A stretch of 64,000 nt of DNA from Octopus vulgaris. Its lineage: Eukaryota. The notes beneath the pieces are model-generated. The model searched no databases. It was given only the letters and a program-made list of their open reading frames with translations, and was not told the origin of the DNA. This document shows, one piece after another, positions 14,195 to 27,372 of the stretch. Within the stretch, counting starts at the first letter, position 1; each line of letters opens with the position of its first letter. The stretch lies in the NCBI GenBank assembly GCA_951406725.2, contig OX597816.1, positions 148,118,001-148,182,000 of the forward strand, given 5' to 3'. A program made the translations under genes and the position numbers.

Positions 14195-14400
14195 AAGAAG
14201 AAGAAGAAGAAGAAGAAGAAGAAGAAGAAGAAGAAGAAGAAGAAGAAGAAGAAGAAGAAGAAGAAGAAGACCTTAGGAATGAGAGCCCAGATTCGAAATT
14301 CCCCCAAGACACCTGGTGAAGGTTGGGGAGTATATCAGCCGAAACGCTGTGTTAACAACAGAGTAGATGAGGACAAATATCCATCAAATGTAAATAATGT
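14080..14400 (+). mobile_element. B-box + microsatellite + hammerhead element, right copy
   Basis: GGTTCGATTCC at 14081-14091, then (TAA)n(GAA)n, then ~130 bp body with hammerhead-like gacac-CTGgTGA-A-GGTTG..CAGCC-GAAACGcT-GTGTT at 14308-14353. Confidence 0.75.
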
Positions 14401-14669
14401 TAAATATATCTTAATATGGGTTTGCAATAAATTATCTCATTTCCATTTGTATTTCAGAGCTTGTTAATGTCATAATATAGTGTAATTGCATATATTAAAT
14501 CTAATTTTAAGTAGAAATACATACTATTCCTAGTTTATAATTTACCATTTGGAAAATTTACATCTATACACCAGAAAAAATTTCCTCCTCATTTTTCCGA
14601 ACATGAAAGGCATAGAAAGATCGAGATTTATATTTTTCTCCCGACTAGTTTTTCCAAAATATATATTAT

Positions 14670-15090
14670 AGAGGGTGTGTTAGCTGTCAGGAAACATTAT
14701 TTTAAATTTAGGAAAACAAAACTATTTATTATAAAACACAATGTATATTTTTTTACAGAATTTGGTACACATTTCTTACATATAATAGATGGAATTTCAT
14801 TAAAACCACCATCAGCTTTAGCAGCTGCTTCAATACAGCGTCTAAAAAGACTAAATGCATTGAGTAACTGATCTTTATTCATGTTGGCCGTAATATCTCC
14901 AGAAGTAGGCATCAACAAGGCCTCTGAAGGCATGTTTGGTCTCCGTCAAAACGAGTCATTGAAGGCATGCTTGGTCCCCGTCAAAAAGACACCCTTGGCA
15001 TAGTGGCCTAGTGGGTTAAAATCAGGAGAGCTGGGACGCCAAATGTTGGGATAACATGGTCATAAAATTTTTTGGACATCCAGGTAGTGT
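14670..15090 (-). mobile_element. maT/DD37D-like Tc1/mariner 3' fragment
   Basis: Minus-strand NIWRPSSPDFNPLGHY and FRRCIEAAAKADGGFNE; TIR-like end ...cacaccctc+TA near 14670. Confidence 0.7.
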
Positions 15091-15149
15091 AAACGGACTT
15101 CAGTTACACTGTAACACATACGGCCTCTTCCGAGCAATAATCTCGATTC

Positions 15150-15800
15150 AAAGTGTGACAACTTTCCTCAATGTCTCCATGTAGACTCCAGCATTGACCC
15201 GAAAACCTTACAAAATATCGTAAGGAGGGAATTATATGGCCCTCATTACTCAAGATACTCAATATTATCACAGACAATGAGAAATTGATGTACATAGCAA
15301 TGGGAATTTCAGTGCGGCATTTTCTTGTTTTGATCTTGGACAAATTTATTGTAATCTGGAAAGGACCAGAGCATTTTGAGCTGTTCGGAGTGCTTGAGGT
15401 TGTTCAGCAATCAGACACTCAGTTCTCTCAGATCTTATGGAACAGCCCTCTTCTTGTAATAAAAACTTTCTCCCTGATAACTTCGTGTACCACATGTCTC
15501 ATATATCTCAAAAATATCAACATGATCGGCAATGGTACTTAATGATTTACTGTTGGTAATGCCTGAACTTCGTCGACAAACTATATATAACTCATAATGT
15601 CTGAATATCGAGAACGTTTTGTTTTCTTTTTTAATTACTGAAAGTATATTCCCCCCAAATGACATGGTATTAGACACGATGACCTTGTAATATTTAAGAA
15701 GGCTGCAACTTTTGAATCACTATAGTTGGAGCCTAAGGCAAAGTGTACATCGTCTGCGATAGATTCGGAACTTGCATATTAGGACTGAAAAACAGGACGT
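15150..15800 (-). mobile_element. Decayed CR1-like LINE 3' fragment
   Basis: Frameshifted remnants such as ADHVDIFE and DLRELS..LKH resemble the CR1 RT thumb and C-terminus. Confidence 0.4.
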
Positions 15801-16061
15801 TTAGTTTCAGTTTGGATTACGTATGGTTTTTGTTTTCAAAATTCTGAGGCACGCTGTACGTAAGCGTAGGTGTGTGCATTACTGATATGCACTGGACTGT
15901 ACATAAATCATGCATCTATTTAATAAATGATGAAACTGAAAAGGCAGAAATATGCAAATTAAGCTACCTTCCAAATTGGTGTAAAACACACAAATAAGTA
16001 AATTAAGCTATCCCTTTTGGATTACGTTTACTTTATGACTGTTATATTATGTGCAACTGAC

Positions 16062-16124
<63 letters not shown>

Positions 16125-16332
16125 CTTGAATTGTTTTCCTGGGGAGCTTTCAACAAAATACGAAGTACTCCGGCAGGAAATTCACATTCTTTTGTACATT
16201 ACACACTGCAAGAATGTGTTTTTAATCCTATTCTCTAACAGCTAGTCTTTCTTAAAAATACACATACATACATACATACATACATACATACATACATACA
16301 TACATACATACATACATACATACATACATACA

Positions 16333-17330
16333 CCTCAAGAAGCACTTTCTTCCTGATGATCTCCTATACAACCCCAAAACAGCTGGGCTCTCTTATCTTA
16401 GAGAAGACCTGAATGGAAAGTATTCAGCATACAAAAGAAAAAGACCACACCTGTGTGTGTTGCCCGGAAGCTTGAGGAAAACAGTAGAATTGACACGAAG
16501 CGCAGCCTCTCTTGAAAACAAGACCACTATACCACATTACACTTTGAAGGTTATGCGTTTGCAAAGTACCTGGTGAACAAAGTACCTGGTGGACAAGAGG
16601 GACAGCGATGCTCTTGTAATCCCAAGGGGCAACCGCATGTGTAGGCTATATCATGTTTCTGTGGAAGATATTACGCATGTGATAGTAGTTGTCCTAAAAT
16701 GTCGTCACGGCACTACCTCCCTATACCGCACGATGTTTGTTGCTAAAACGATTGAGAATGCCATCCGCAAAAAAAGACTGTCCTGAAATAAACTTAGAAA
16801 TTCCCTTTGTTATGGAATACATTCGTAAGCACCAACTCAAGAAATACTGGTGGAATATTCCCATCAAAACTTCTGTCAAATGTAAGCATAACAGACCTGA
16901 TATTGTTGTTTGGGACAGTTAACCATCATAGCGGTTAACTGCCCTGCAGTTATAAATATCTCTTCAAAATCAAAGAAAAAGAGGATATCTATGAACAACT
17001 GCTTCGAAACATCCAGTTTCTATATCCAGACTATAAATTCATATTCATGCCAATAATAATTGGAGCACTAGGTTTTGTTAGTAAATGCTTAAAGGAGAAT
17101 CTGGAGAAACTGGGATTTTCAGAAAGGAAAATTGACCGGCTGATTCGTACATTACAAGTTCAATCTGTGAGTGGAATAATAAAAATACGCAAGACTTTTC
17201 TCAAGTTCCAAATGTGAATCTGTCTGTGTTAACTACAACCCAAAGATGGAGTCTTGTATCTTTGTTGGAAAGCGACCCCCTCCTCAATGGAGGATTTATA
17301 ACGATTAAAACATAGAAGAGACATAGCTAC
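16333..17330 (+). mobile_element. RLE-type non-LTR retrotransposon, internally deleted, embedded in (CATA)n
   Basis: CRLYHVSVEDITHV (zinc knuckle), KHNRPDIVVWD (PD-(D/E)xK), KEKEDIYEQLLRNIQFLYPDYKFIFMPIIIGALG; (CATA)n at 16262-16332 and 17340-17400. Confidence 0.85.
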
Positions 17331-17400
17331 AAACACACATACATTCATTCATACATACATACATACATACATACATACATACATACATACATACATACAT

Positions 17401-18450
17401 CTCCCTATAGTTTTCAAGAATTTGCTACATAACATTAGTAATAAGATATCAAAACTATCTTTTAAGCAAACATGTGATAAGGCAGTCACTATAATAATGC
17501 CTTAACTAACAGCGGATTCATAGATAAAATATATTACAACTCCTTAAGTAGAAGTATGGATCGTACAAATAGATCAGAAAAAATTAATATAGGAAAATAA
17601 TTTGGTTAACTCCTCCTTTCTCCCTTAGTGGTAAGACTAACGTAGGCAAAAATTCCTGTCACTTTTAGATAAACATTTCACTATAAATCATTAAAACAGG
17701 AAAATTTTTAACAGGCGCACAATGAAAATACCATACAGCTGCTGCACCAATTTGAAGAACATTGTAACTCGCAAAAATCACCAAGAGACAACTCCCAGTT
17801 ATAATTGTCGAGACCCTGAATCTAGCCCACTGGATCAGCCATGTATGATCAACTCTGTCATATACGAAGCTGAATTTACAGCAACGCTCCGAGACAAGTC
17901 AACTGAAAGGAAAACTTATAACGGATTCTGAGAGAGTGAATTTAAGAGACGTTATGCAAACCACATGTCTTTCTTCCCACTCGTCGATAAAAGTAATGCA
18001 ACTAAGTAGATTAGCCACGTATGGAATTTGAAGGGCAGCTCCACACCACATACAATTAAGTGGAGAATAGCGATGAAATCCAAGCCATATGTCAATGAAT
18101 CAAAGAAATGCAGCTTATGCGTAGCAGAAAGATCTCATATTCTTCTTCAATCCAGCAATTCCAGCAGACTGCTTAATTCGAGACCTGAAAATTTTAAACA
18201 CATAGACAAGTCTCTTTAATAGAATTGGCGTATACCACCCGCTCCGGATTGAGTTGCTGTCCTACAGACATATTTTCTGTTCTTTTATTCTAAACCAGTT
18301 GTATTTAATGAGCTTTGTGCAATCAGGGAGGAAGAGGATCGTAATTCTTGATTTCTTCTTTTTTCTCGTTCCATTTTTTCGACCAACCATCTTCAAATTT
18401 TCCCCCTTCTTTTTCTTATTTCTTACTGTCCAGCGTCCTTATAGTTAAAA
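17401..18450 (+). mobile_element. Penelope-like element 3' part (RT linker + GIY-YIG endonuclease)
   Basis: RKIIWLTPPFS, KIPYSCCTNL, NCRDPESSPLDQPC, SVIYEAEF..TYNG...FKRRYANH and IKWRI..KPY..KKCSLCVAER..LLNSRPE match the Penelope GIY-YIG signature. Confidence 0.9.
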
Positions 18451-20062
18451 CTTATACATAACAGAGCCTGAAAGTTTGCTTTAAGATACATGATGTATTT
18501 TATAAATATGCTTTTTCAAATATCATAATAGAGTGAAACTATTTTTAGCTCTTTCGGTTGTATATTTAATTTGATATATATATATATATATATATACATA
18601 TAATTAAAATGAGGGTGAAAAATTGGATATTAATTTGATTAACATCAATTTAAAACCAGTGGTCTAGCATATTAAAAACTGAAGGTTCAGTAAATTGTTT
18701 TACACACATATGAGAGGCATGACCACTATGTGGACAACCCTAATGCTAGATCAGCTATGGTCTTACCACTAAGAAATGTTCTCTAGAAAATTTAGCAAAC
18801 GTAGATAATATATATAGGGGGGAGATAGATAGATATATATATACATATGCATACAGATGCGCGCGCACATACATATACATACATACATTCGTACATACAT
18901 ATATACATGCATGCATGCATATATACATAGATACATACATACATACATACATACATACATACATACATACATACACATACATACATACATACATACATAC
19001 ATACATAAATACAAAGATTTACTGAAAGATCAATAGCATACATCTATACATACCGACAATAAGTCTAACATTTTCTCACATCTAAGCCGCGTCGACGATC
19101 CCCCGACTTCCTTGTGTAATGTAGTCGCGTTTCTTAGAATATCCCCCACAAATTTTATTATACATTCAAAAATGCATTGTTCTCTTTCTTCTCCCCAAAA
19201 GCAAGATTGTCATAATTGAAGTTACATACTTCTCTATTTTCATTTATCCTTATCAGTTTTCTATAGTTTTATTGCCCAACACATCCGCCATAATTTTGTT
19301 ATAGTATCTTGTCTTCTATTCTTGCCATTTCTTTGCCTTACTCATACATCATTCATCTAATTCGTGTTAACTTTTTTTATCATTTCCCTTTGATAGAATA
19401 TGTTCTGTCTGATTTAGATAAAAGTAAGTCGCTTCTCTCGTTTTCATATTTTTAATATGTTCCATAAACTATATTTGTTTGGTGTAAATATTAGTTTATC
19501 GCTTTTGTATCTAGTGTAAAATAAATATGGTTTAATGTAATTAAAGTATCCCTCATTTATGTATCTATTTTTCATATATCTATTTAACATTTTATCTCTG
19601 TGCCAGGCGAAACAAATGAATATTTTTCTGCTTCTTTCCAAACAATTTTCTTAGAAAATTCTACAAACATAGAATCGATATTAATTTTGATTCCAAAAGT
19701 AGATGTCAACCCACTTCAAAATGAATATTGAAAGCTATGTGTTCGAATTAATACAATACATATGCTCTCTAGAAGGAATACAACGTTTGTTAATTAACAG
19801 AAATAGTTGCACTAGGCATGTGTACCCTACATGTTTAGCAATTTAAATTACACCGATATTATTCAGAACAATTCACGTGGAACCCGTTAAAGTGTACCAT
19901 CACAATTCATGAAATAAAACATGTCGTTCATAAATAATAATCTTGTAACCGAACGTTTTAATATTTTTATCTCATTACTAGGCCGAGTTAGAAATTGTTT
20001 AACGATTGTTTCAATTTAGTTATATTTTGTGGGGAAAACTAGTAAACAAGTTACTAATACAT

Positions 20063-20281
20063 AGGTACAGGCGTAGTATTGTGATAAAAAGACTGCTTCC
20101 CAGCCACAGAGTTCCAGGTTCAGCCCCACTACGTGACAATACGTGACACCTTGGGAATATGTCTTGTACTACAGCCTCGAGTCGACCAAAGCCTTGTGAG
20201 TGGATATCGTAGACTGAAACTGAAAAATATCGTCGTATATACACACAGACACATATCTCTCTCTCTCTTTCTCTCTCTCTG

Positions 20282-20328
<47 letters not shown>

Positions 20329-20620
20329 ATGTATATATATATATATACAGAGAGAAAGAGAGAGAGAGATGCATATATATATATATTCATATATATCAAT
20401 ACATGTGTGAATCTTTGTCTCTGTTTTTCCTACTACCGCTTGAAATCGGTGTTAGTTTGTTTATGTCCCAGTATCTTAGCGTAGTGGCAAAAAGGGCCCA
20501 TAGAACAAGTACCAAGTTTTTAAAAAAGGACTGGTGTCGATTCATTCGATTAAAAGGTCCTGAAGGCGTGCCCCATCATGATCGCAATCAAATGACTGGC
20601 ACAAGTAAAAGACAAAACGA
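20063..20620 (+). mobile_element. SINE family A, diverged copy
   Basis: Family A head, internal microsatellite and tail aaatgactggcacaagtaaaaga. Confidence 0.8.
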
Positions 20621-20903
20621 AAAATATAATAGTATCCAGATGTCTGGTTTAGTCAACTCTGCCCTTGCCTTCCAAAATTAATCTTGTGTCTAATGAAATA
20701 AAAAATACATATATTGGCAGCTACGTTACGATTATAATTATGTCATGATTGTAAGGGTTATGAATATTCTTAAATTTGAATGGTTCTTATTACTAAACAA
20801 GTTAGAAGGCGTGGCGAAGTAGACCTATGATCAAAAGAATCAGAACATACCTAAACTATCTTTTTTATTAATAAATTACACACACACAAACACACACACA
20901 TAC

Positions 20904-20953
<50 letters not shown>

Positions 20954-21187
20954 TTTCTTTTACTCAAAGCCAGGAACTTTTTAGCACTCCCTCATATATA
21001 TATATATATATAAAGTTCCTGGCTTTGAGTAAAATAAACTACAGGAGGATCAGTTAATTATGATTTCCCTCTCAAATTCACAAACTTATTGCAGCAGGCC
21101 TTCTGCTTTCCTTGGACCTCCAAACAGGCCTTTCGCTGTACCCTTAAAGACAGAGATTTCTCAGCACCCATCTCGCATATAGAGATG

Positions 21188-21356
<169 letters not shown>

Positions 21357-21411
21357 ATACATTTAGTTCAAACATATTCACATATATGTATTTTTATATT
21401 TACATATGTAT

Positions 21412-21605
21412 AAAGGCAGCGAAGCGGTGAAAAACTTTAGCACACCGGGTAAAGTGCTTTTTCAACATTACGTTCGGAGTTCTGATATCACAGAGGTCTA
21501 CTTTACCTTGCTTCCCTTCGGAGACGATAAGTAAAGTGCCAGTCAAATACTGGAATTAAGGCAATCGACTAAGCCATCCCTAAAAACTTGGTCTTGTGCC
21601 TATAT
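21412..21605 (+). mobile_element. SINE family B (Meta/MESC-like central domain), diverged
   Basis: aaggcagcgaagcggtg..cgttcggagttc..gaggtctactttaccttgcttcccttcggagacgataag aligns with the 53459-53694 copy. Confidence 0.75.
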
Positions 21606-21799
21606 TTATACAGACATATACAGTAACCACACAGATAGTGTTGGTTATATTTTTCCATCTCTGAAATTTTCCGTTTTCTTTTCTCATAAAGAGCTATGCC
21701 CGAAACCTCAAACACTCTCTTTTTGACGATCGTCAAACTAATACATTTCATATGCACGTTCCTTTATTTTGTTATTGTTATTTTTAATGTTCGATTATT

Positions 21800-22480
21800 C
21801 GACTTGAATATATATACACATGCATACACACAAGTTTTAACCTCCAGTCATCAGAGTTTTTCAGGTAGGTGTCTAGACAAATTGTGGTAATCTTCATGGT
21901 TAATTCCAGTTGTAAAAGTACACAGCTACCCTCTTGTCTTAGTAGGTAAAGTCGTTCTATATCTGCCTTAGGGTGGTGCATTCTATGCATTGTCAACAAT
22001 TTTCGTATTTTCTGTCAAGATTACATATTTCAGGGGCTTTTTAATCGTGTGTTTTTGTCTTCTGCCCAAATTTTATTCCAAAATTCCTGCACTTCGTCTT
22101 TTGACGGGACAGACCTTACTTTAATTGGTATTTTCCCTATTTTCCTGTAAAACGTTTTTGAGTTATATTTTTCAACATGTTATTTTGTTATCCTTGAGAA
22201 ATCTAACGCGCTTTTCATACCTTGCAATATGCGCAAGTTTAGCACATATCTTTTGCTTGATAGTTTCTATGGTGGTATCGATATCGAGTGTGGTTTTCAT
22301 ATATTTTGTCTTTAATTTTCGGATTTTTGTTGGTTTGATAGTCTTGTCAAACTTAAGGTTTTTTAAACATTCTGTCAGACCTAAGTAGCTGAATTTGGTG
22401 TTGAATACTCTCTTGCCAAGTAAGCTTTTTGGGGTAATGTTTTCGTATTCTAAACTTTTCATCACATGGGTTAGATATTA
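21800..22480 (-). mobile_element. R4/Dong-like non-LTR fragments (pre-RT region and RT thumb)
   Basis: LLTMHRMHHPKADIERLYLLRQEG and ETIKQKICAKLAHIARYEKR. Confidence 0.75.
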
Positions 22481-23440
22481 TGGAAATAAAAAAGAATGCA
22501 AAAAGATATCAATAATGTCAATAAATGCAAAAAATACGAGAAAGAAAAAATAATTAAGGAACAATCACACAAAGAAATACACGGTGAAAAAGTGACTTAT
22601 TGAAATTTATAAAACAAAGCAAATACTCAATGATAGAAAAATATTATACAGCATTTGCCAGACAGTAACTACTATGGAAGAAAAAATGCATTCAGATATC
22701 GTAAAAAAAAACAAAGGAAATATCGAACATATGACAAGTCAATGTGGAAAAATAACAGACACGAAATATAAAGAGAGACACGATGAGATAATCAAGATAA
22801 TCTTTGCGAACCTTGTACAGCAATATAATATATATAAAAAACCCAGAAAATCAGAAACGTGCAAATAGAAAAGATAAGAACAAGTGAAAAGGTTAAGATT
22901 TTAGTAGATAGCCCAGTAATAACACCGAACCATGGAAAAAAATGGAAGCACTCCGTCGGTTACGACGATGAGGGTTCCGGTTGATCCGAATCAACGGAAC
23001 AGCCTGCTCGTGAAATTAACGTGTAAGTGGCTGAGCACTCCACAGACACGTGCACCCTTAACGTAGTTCTCGGGGATATTCAGCGTGACACAGAGAGTGA
23101 CAAGGCCGGCCCCTTGAAATACAGGTACAATAGAAACAGAAAGTAAGAGTGAGAGAAAGTTGTGGTGAAAGCGTACAGCAGGGATCACCACCATCCCCTG
23201 CCGGAGCCTCGTGGAGCTTTAAGGTGTTTTCGCTCAATAAACACTCACAACGCCCGGTCTGGGAATCGAAACCGCGATCTTATGACCGCGAGTCCGCTGC
23301 CCTAACCACAAGGCCATTGCGCCTCCACACACCGAACCATATAGAAAACAATAAAACCGATTTTACAATATTTGACCACGAACGAAAAGAAACAATAATA
23401 ATCGAAACTGGAATAACATCGACAAAATCTGAATGAAGTC
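22480..23440 (+). mobile_element. RLE-type LINE C-terminal fragment interrupted by a SINE
   Basis: NIEHMTSQC..YKERHDEI; KILVDSPVITPNH|IENNKTDFTIFDHERKETIIIE, continuous once 22934-23340 is removed. Confidence 0.75.
22934..23328 (-). mobile_element. tRNA-derived SINE family C, full length with 12 bp TSD
   Basis: Head gtggaggcgcaatggccttgtggttagggcagcggactcgcggtcataagatcgcggtttcgattccc with A/B boxes; TSD ACACCGAACCAT at 22922-22933 and 23329-23340. Confidence 0.92.
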
Positions 23441-23469
23441 GAGATGACAAAAATACAAAATACCCCACA

Positions 23470-23610
23470 TTTTTCTATACAACTCTGGAGTGTACGTAAT
23501 TGCATTTTAAAGGACTTGCCAAGATCAAATAATTCTTTAGAAGGGTTCCACAATGCTTTGCGCTTATCACTAACATCCACACATCCAAATTTGTAGAAGA
23601 ATTAAAAAAC
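23470..23610 (+). mobile_element. MULE-like transposase C-terminal fragment
   Basis: LPRSNNSLEGFHNALRLSLTSTHPNL matches the MULE RTNN..EGWH...HPN motif. Confidence 0.6.
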
Positions 23611-23619
23611 ATTTCAACA

Positions 23620-25240
23620 TCGAACTAATCGTTAACGTATTTTGATCCGAAACAGGATATTATATTGGATATAGATGCGAGTGATTACGGTGTAGGAGCA
23701 GTACCTATACACAAATACAACGATGGGATTAAAAAGGTTATAGCCCTTGCGTCACAATCGTTATTACCAGCAGAAAGGAACGACAGCCGAATAGACAACA
23801 TAGATGGAGTAATACATTTTTGAATTAGGATTTCAAAATGGAATATTTACCGTCAAAGTAACTAAGACATGCGGATGGTTTATCCGGCGAGTCTAGGACA
23901 TTCACCCCTCTCCCATGGATAATAACCCCATCAAGACAATTACCCCTGAGGATAACAGATGATGATTTAAAACTTCTTAATATATTGGAGATGGTGTAAT
24001 TAACCAAGGGGTGTAATTGTCCCAAAAAGTAGGTGTCGTCGAGGGGAAGTCCTATGGAGAGTAATTGTCCGAGGGGAGTATTTGTTCTGATACAGTCAAA
24101 ACTGATACCGAAACACTGCTAGCCATTCGAAGATACGGTAATCGCAACATTAAGATCACAAGGAGAAATTTTTTAAATGTAACGTAGAATGTGCTACGCG
24201 AATTACTGGTAACTCTAGAAGACATAAAACGAAATGAAGAAAAGGACAAATTCATAACAGAAATGAAAAGAATATTGTGGACAGGAAAAGTAAATACGAA
24301 ATGAAGACGTGAACCTATAATCAATGTGTGATAATGTACTGACGAAAGCACAGGGAGTAGTAATACCTGAAACACAGCAAAAGAAAATGTTGAGGGAATT
24401 CCATGTTGAACATCCTGGTATTTCGAGGATGAAAGCTTTAATGCGTGGCTACGAGTTCTAGTCAAAAATGGATAGAGAAATTGAAAACTTAGTGAAAGAG
24501 TGCAGAAGATGTGCTTTAGCAATAAAATTACCGACGTTAAAAAGTGAACCCCTTTCAAAAGTAGATGTTCCGTGGTCGAGACTACACATTGGTTTCGCTG
24601 GTAACTTAAATGGTTCATGCTACTTAGTGGTAGCAGATGGTGTATCTAGATGGTCAGAAATTTGTAAGTGTAAAAAACCAGCCTCCTCAACTGTGATAAA
24701 TTTTCTAAATGAGCTGTTTGAGAGATTTGGCATCCCAGACACGACAGTGTCTGACAATGGAACGCAATTTGTGTCTTTTGAGTTTGAAACGTTCTGTAAA
24801 CCGTTCGCTGTAGAACATGTAACTACTGCACCATGCCATCTGAGATCTAATGAACAAGAACACCGTCGATACGTTCAAGAGAGCCCTAAGAAAGTCGAAT
24901 ATCGAAGTCACGGATGAGGTAGCTCTACAACAATTCCTAAGAGTATAACGAGTGATATCAAATCCAAATTCACCAGCTGGTATGTCATCAGCGGAGCTGA
25001 TGTTTGCGAGGGAAGTAAAATCAGTCTTCAACAAATTGCTACTTGGTTAGAAAAGAAAAATTACAAGGGATAAAACAGCAACATATTTGAAAATTGTTGA
25101 AAATATATTTGTTAGGGCATATAAGAACGGAAAACAAATTTGGGAAGACAGCGTGATTACCAAATGCATAGGGAAATGCTATATTTCGTAAAAGGAAGAA
25201 TATGAGTATACGAGAAACATAAATCAACTAAAATAGTATA
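23620..25240 (+). mobile_element. Gypsy LTR retrotransposon pol remnant (RNase H + integrase)
   Basis: ILDIDASDYGVGAV..ALASQSL and HADGLS; zinc finger FHVEHPGISRMK..VKECRRC; integrase core PWSRLHIGFAG..RFGIPDTTVSDNGTQF. Confidence 0.92.
23885..24095. mobile_element. MITE with inverted subterminal GGACAATTACCCC-type repeats, 2 bp TSD (CMC/EnSpm-like)
   Basis: ggacattcacccc, ggataataacccc, gacaattacccc on the left, inverted taattgtcc copies on the right; removing it with one TC restores Gypsy ADGLSKLIP. Confidence 0.65.
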
Positions 25241-25337
25241 TATATCAACAAACTTCCCAGAATATAAACGTTAAAAAGCTGATTATACTGCTAATTATAT
25301 AATTAGATATAATAATAATAATTATTATTATTATTAT

Positions 25338-25545
25338 TTCAAATTTTTGCCACAAGGGCAGCTTGTGGGAGGTGGGGATGAGTCGATTACATCGACCCCA
25401 GTGTTCAACTAGTGCTTATTTCATTGACCTCGAGAGGATGAAAGGCAAAGTCGACCGAGGCGGAATTTGAACTCAGAACGTAGCGGCAGACGAAATACCA
25501 CTAAGCATTTCGTGCAGCGTGCTAAAGATATTCCAGCTCACCGCT
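25338..25545 (-). mobile_element. SINE family B
   Basis: gtcgattacatcgaccccagtg..ggatgaaaggcaaagtcgacc..ggaatttgaactcagaacg. Confidence 0.88.
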
Positions 25546-25574
25546 TTGATGTTGATGACGACGACGACGATAAC

Positions 25575-26230
25575 ATCTATAAAACTTCTGACACTCAGTA
25601 ATGCAGACTCTGTAGAAAGTGTGTGGAAAATGTGACCCACTTGGTAAGTGGATGTGAGAGCCTTTCACAAAAAGAATACAAGCGCCGCCACGATAAAGTG
25701 TGTGTATATCTTCGTTGGTTCTTATGCCGTAAATACCAATATGAAGTAACAGAGAACTGGTATGAGCATGTGCCAAGTAACATTATGCAGTAGGATGGAA
25801 AAGTAACGATACTCTGGGACTATGATTTTCAGACGGATTATGTAATGGAACACCGTCGGCCGGATATTGTCATATTGAATAAGAGGGACAAATGCTGTCT
25901 GATCATTGATGTAGCCATACCAAATGACATGAATGCTGTGAGTAAAGAGGTTGAAAAATCATCAAGTGTTCCGAATTGAAAGTGAAATGGCAAGACTGTA
26001 TGGAATGCGAGAGGGTAATGTAAAAGTGATACCAGTGGTGACCGGAGCGTTGGGCTCAATATCATTGAAACTTCAAAATTTTTAAGGCAACTGGAAATCC
26101 CATGCAAGATTGATGTCTTGCAAAAAGCAGCCTTATTGAGCACAGTGCACATCTTAAGGAAGGTAGTATCTGTCAGTGGTCCTTGTGACTTGACAGATGA
26201 CTAAAGTCTCCGGTGCATTTTTACCTACAG
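25575..26230 (+). mobile_element. R4/Dong-like LINE 3' end (CCHC + RLE)
   Basis: ENVTHLVSGCESLSQKEYKRRHDKV, ILWDYDFQTD..HRRPDIVILNK..IIDVAIP, VIPVVTGALG, LQKAALLSTVHILRKV. Confidence 0.92.
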
Positions 26231-26239
26231 TGTGTTAAC

Positions 26240-26566
26240 GTTTCTAGAAATGGAGAGACTTCCAAAATACAAAGATATGGAAATAAATGTAACTCGAATG
26301 GGGAGTCTAAAAACAGAAGCAATTCCTATCATAATAGGTGCATTAATATTCAGACAAATACATAGCAAAAACACCAGGACTAACAAATATATTTAACATA
26401 CAGAAAATAGCACTACTAGGCGCCGCACACATCCTACGTAAACACTCTCAATACAGTAACATTAAAAGCAACACAAATAACCAAAATACATACCCAAGAC
26501 ACATAAACCTGTGCTCGGTAGTGCAATGAAAGCACAGGATAAAAATAAGACTACTGAATGCTAATA
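26240..26566 (+). mobile_element. Second R4/Dong-like LINE 3' end abutting (GAA)n
   Basis: SKYKDMEINVTRM..IPIIIGAL..IQKIALLGAAHILRK plus 3' UTR; (GAA)n at 26568-26658. Confidence 0.8.
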
Positions 26567-27179
26567 AAGAAGAAGAAGAAGAAGAAGAAGAAGAAGAAGA
26601 AGAAGAAGAAGAAGAAGAAGAAGAAGAAGAAGAAGAAGAAGAAGAAGAAGAAGAAGAATATGTGTAAACGGAAAACAAATAACACTAATTGTAATAATAC
26701 TGGTAATCACTCTAGTAATAATCATAATGACGATAAAACTATATTGATGAATGACAGCAAAATTAATTGCAGTGAAGATCTGTCTTCCCTAATGTGACTT
26801 ATATGCATAAAATTCATAATATCTGCAGTCAGGACATAATTAGTAACACTACGGATAGAAATATAAATAACAGTAACGATACTCGTGTTAATACGATCAA
26901 AAGACACTAATTTACCCAGCACATGCCCAAAATCCGGCAGAGCGAACGCACTTATTGATTTTCTAATATATGTTAACACTCCTTGAACTAAAAAGCTATT
27001 TCCCCCATCTGACATTACCATATCTTCAATAAACGTATAGTAAGAATTTCGTGTTCATTTTTACCAAATCTTGAAACCTTTATAACAGTTATAAATTGAT
27101 GTAGTACCACAATAGCCAGTAGCAATTGAAATAGCATAACTAATATTAATAATGGTAGTAACAATACAAATAATGGTTG

Positions 27180-27372
27180 CAAACTTTGCCACAAATGTAG
27201 CCATTTTGGGGGAGGGGATAAGTGAATTGCATCGAACCCAGTGTTTCACTAATACTAAATTTATCGACCCCAAAAGGGTGGACGTGTAATTTGCACTCAG
27301 AACGCATTGACGGGCGAAATACCGCTAAACAAATCGCCCAACACGCTAACGATTCTGCCAGCTCGCCTCCTA
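27180..27372 (-). mobile_element. SINE family B (internally deleted)
   Basis: tttatcgaccccaaaagggtg..ctcagaacg..gctaacgattctgccagctcgcc. Confidence 0.8.

Noticed and set aside
23255-23328. tRNA-like sequence with A/B boxes
   Set aside because: It is the head of a TSD-flanked SINE, not a tRNA gene; the same applies to the other SINE heads.
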